Shown here: piece after piece, positions 27,046-29,405 of the stretch
Layout: each line of letters opens with the position of its first letter
How positions within the stretch are numbered: the stretch's first letter is position 1
DNA from: an uncultured Spirochaetales bacterium
GTDB taxonomy: Bacteria > Spirochaetota > GWE2-31-10 > JAFGQB01
Direction of reading: 5' to 3'
Assembly (NCBI GenBank): GCA_964531405.1
Contig: CAZHHK010000028.1
Location: 1 to 29,405, forward strand
DNA length: 29,405 nt
Made by a program: the position numbers and the translations under genes
The notes under the pieces: model-generated
Told to the model about the DNA's origin: nothing
The model's input: only the letters and a program-made list of their open reading frames with translations
The model's database searches: none

Positions 27046-27166
27046 TTATTTTTTAATAATAATCTTCAAAAATAAAGCAATATATGTTATATAAATAAAA
27101 AATCTTCAATCTATTTAATTCAATTTTAATATATAGGATTTGAAGTATAAAAAAATAGGAGGTCTT

Positions 27167-29248
27167 ATGGAAAATTTAGTTTACTATGCTCCATTGTTGG
27201 GAGTTATCGGTATTTTAACAATTATCGGCTTGTACATTTTTATTTCCAAACAAAAAGCTGGAAATGATAAAATGATCGAGATTGCCGGTAGAATCAGAGA
27301 AGGTGCGATGGCTTACATGAGAAGGCAGTTTTTTAATGTAGGCATATTTGTAATTATTGTTTTTGTATTGCTTTCATTATTCTTGAAAAATACCAGTATA
27401 GAGTATTTCGGACTTTATACTGGCATAGCGTATTTGCTTGGTGGTTTGACATCACTGCTCTGCGGTATTATCGGTATGTCGGCAAGTACAAAAGCTAATG
27501 TAAGAACGGCAAATGCTGCAAATCAAAAAGGTATGTCAAAAGCATTGAGTATGGCTTTTAACGGCGGTGCTATAATGGGTCTTGCTGTTGCAAGCATAGG
27601 ATTAATAGGTTTTGGTGGGTTGTATATAATTATATTAAATTATTTTGGTGGCAACTTACTGTATCTTGCAATATTAAACGGTTTTGCGATGGGTGCAAGC
27701 TCTGTAGCATTATTCATGAGGGTCGGCGGCGGTATATATACAAAATCTGCCGATGTTGGTGCTGACCTCGTAGGTAAAGTTGAAGCAGGTATACCTGAAG
27801 ATGATCCGAGAAATCCGGCTGTTATTGCTGATAACGTAGGGGACAATGTCGGTGACGTTGCTGGTATGGGTGCTGATCTATATGAAAGTTATGTAGGCAG
27901 TGTTATAGCTTCAATAGCATTGGCAGTTACAACAGCTTCAACAGCTGCAGTTTCAGGCATGGCAATTTCAAGCAATCCTACTGCTTTTGCTACTTTCCCG
28001 ATAGTAATTGTATCATCAGGGTTGATAGGTAGTTTAATTTCTGTTTTAGCTATGAAAGTTTTACAAAAATTCAATCCTCCTCTGGCATTGAGATTGTCAA
28101 GCTGGATTGCTGCTGCGATAATGCTTATCGCAACCTATATAGCATGTCCTTTATTAAATATAGATTTTAAATTTGCTCATGCAGTTGCTTCAGGTTGTAT
28201 AATCGGTATTGCAATCGGTTTATTATCAGAATTTTATACCTCAGGCAGTCCTATTAAAGATATTGCAGAGCAGAGTAAAACTGGTCCTGCAACAGTAATA
28301 ATCGGCGGTCTTGCAATCGGTATGCAGTCAATAATTTTACCTGTAGTAGGTATATGTATAGCTATGTTTATAAGCTTTATATTTGCTGGATTATATGGTA
28401 TTGCAGTTGCTGCAGTTGGTATGCTTGGTACAATAGGTGTAACAATGGCTGTAGATGCTTATGGTCCTATTGCTGATAATGCTGGCGGTATAAGTGAAAT
28501 GAGTGGTCTTGGTGAAGATACAAGAAAAATCACAGACAGTCTTGATTCACTTGGTAATACCACTGCTGCCATTGGTAAAGGCTTTGCTATCGGATCTGCT
28601 GCTTTAACAGCTTTGTCATTATATGCTGCATACTGCCTTGCTGTTGGATTGGATAAGATTGATCTTACAAATCCGATGGTTGTTATCGGTACTTTCCTTG
28701 GAGGACTTGTTCCATTCTTTGTGGCTTCAAGTACAATGAGATCGGTTGGTGCTGCTGCATTCAAAATGGTTGAAGAAGTAAGAAGGCAGTTTAAAGAAAT
28801 TAAAGGTCTTATGGAAGGTAAAGCTGCTCCTGATACAAAAAAATGCGTTGATATCGCAACAAAAGCTGCTGTAGTTAGGATGATGGTACCTGGTATTGTA
28901 GCAGTTGTATTCCCTGTTGTAATTGGTGTTTTATTCGGTAAAGAAGCTTTAGGCGGTGCTCTGGCAGGCGCAACAGTAGTAGGTGTTATGCTGGCTTTAA
29001 TGATGGCAAATGCTGGCGGTGCTTGGGACAATGCCAAGAAATATATCGAAGCTGGTAATTTAAAAGGCTTTGGCAAAAAGAGTGATCCTCATAAAGCTGC
29101 AGTTGTAGGCGATACTGTTGGTGATCCTTTCAAAGATACTTCAGGTCCTGCAATGAATATTTTGATCAAACTTATGTCGATAGTTAGTCTTGTTATTGCA
29201 CCTGTATTAAAAGATGCAATACCTTTATTGACGAACTTGTTTAAATAA
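27167..29248 (+). CDS. hppA: Membrane-bound ion-translocating pyrophosphatase (H+/Na+-PPase), K+-dependent type
   Basis: Family hallmarks are [69 protein letters not shown] and [33 protein letters not shown] has Ala at the position where K+-independent enzymes have Lys. I prefer ATG 27167, which has an AGGAGG Shine-Dalgarno, over TTG 27140. Confidence 0.9.
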   Translation: MENLVYYAPLLGVIGILTIIGLYIFISKQKAGNDKMIEIAGRIREGAMAYMRRQFFNVGIFVIIVFVLLSLFLKNTSIEYFGLYTGIAYLLGGLTSLLCGIIGMSASTKANVRTANAANQKGMSKALSMAFNGGAIMGLAVASIGLIGFGGLYIIILNYFGGNLLYLAILNGFAMGASSVALFMRVGGGIYTKSADVGADLVGKVEAGIPEDDPRNPAVIADNVGDNVGDVAGMGADLYESYVGSVIASIALAVTTASTAAVSGMAISSNPTAFATFPIVIVSSGLIGSLISVLAMKVLQKFNPPLALRLSSWIAAAIMLIATYIACPLLNIDFKFAHAVASGCIIGIAIGLLSEFYTSGSPIKDIAEQSKTGPATVIIGGLAIGMQSIILPVVGICIAMFISFIFAGLYGIAVAAVGMLGTIGVTMAVDAYGPIADNAGGISEMSGLGEDTRKITDSLDSLGNTTAAIGKGFAIGSAALTALSLYAAYCLAVGLDKIDLTNPMVVIGTFLGGLVPFFVASSTMRSVGAAAFKMVEEVRRQFKEIKGLMEGKAAPDTKKCVDIATKAAVVRMMVPGIVAVVFPVVIGVLFGKEALGGALAGATVVGVMLALMMANAGGAWDNAKKYIEAGNLKGFGKKSDPHKAAVVGDTVGDPFKDTSGPAMNILIKLMSIVSLVIAPVLKDAIPLLTNLFK

Positions 29249-29274
29249 TTAAAAAATATATTTTGACAAAATCC

Positions 29275-29311
29275 GGGCTATTCATTTAGAATGATGAATA
29301 GCCCGTTTTTT
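29275..29311 (+). terminator. Rho-independent terminator of hppA
   Basis: An 11-bp perfect stem GGGCTATTCAT (29275-85) / ATGAATAGCCC (29294-304) has an 8-nt loop, then G plus TTTTTT (29306-11), 27 nt after the stop. Confidence 0.7.
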
Positions 29312-29405
29312 ATGTATACAGATGTGGGGACAGAGCTTTGAATAGATTAAAAGGTAGTGTCAAAAATTTTATGAAAAAATTATGAAAACACTGCCAGTGT
29401 TCTTT

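Noticed and set aside
1-29405. Mobile elements, CRISPR arrays, tRNA/rRNA genes, and a prophage or horizontally acquired island
   Set aside because: There are no transposase, integrase or recombinase-like ORFs, no arrays of regularly spaced repeats, and no cloverleaf-capable G+C-rich 70-90-nt segments in intergenic regions. Composition is uniformly AT-rich apart from the expected Ala/Gly-driven rise in hppA.

Overview
This is a 29.4-kb, very AT-rich segment that looks like ordinary chromosome from a diderm bacterium; the outer-membrane beta-barrel and LolA-like proteins are the basis for calling it diderm. It is gene-dense, with 18 protein-coding genes. I found no rRNA, tRNA, CRISPR array, transposase or integrase, and no obvious compositional island.

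Gene layout, left to right:
- At the left edge is a 3'-truncated hybrid receiver–histidine kinase on the minus strand.
- It is divergently transcribed from a 7-gene plus-strand cluster. That cluster is driven by a near-consensus sigma70 promoter that carries tandem TTGTA-N4-TACAA palindromes. Its genes are a short YtrA-like GntR repressor, a multi-TM SPFH/stomatin protein, a LolD/MacB-type ABC ATPase, two FtsX/LolC-E-type permeases, a LolA-like periplasmic protein and a putative outer-membrane beta-barrel.
- A long minus-strand run follows (8.6–22.8 kb): a DJ-1/PfpI protein; an archaeal-type aspartyl-tRNA synthetase; a hybrid REC–PAS×4–HisKA_2 kinase; a single-domain CheY-like response regulator; a membrane Cache–PAS–GAF histidine kinase; TrmFO; a REC–degenerate-GGDEF–PilZ protein; and a 999-aa hybrid multi-PAS histidine kinase.
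- The right third encodes a type-IIA (SERCA-like) P-type ATPase. It is preceded by a promoter, a structured leader and a 20-codon hydrophobic mini-ORF, and its stop codon abuts the start of a long-form purM.
- The window ends with a K+-dependent-type membrane pyrophosphatase (hppA) and a strong intrinsic terminator.

The most unusual features are:
- the regulated trans-envelope export-like cluster, including a peptide motif shared between the repressor C-terminus and the SPFH N-terminus;
- the putative micropeptide upstream of the Ca-ATPase-like pump;
- the density of hybrid kinases with a REC–dGGDEF–PilZ effector.

All domain assignments come from motif-level reading of the translations. They are not database searches.
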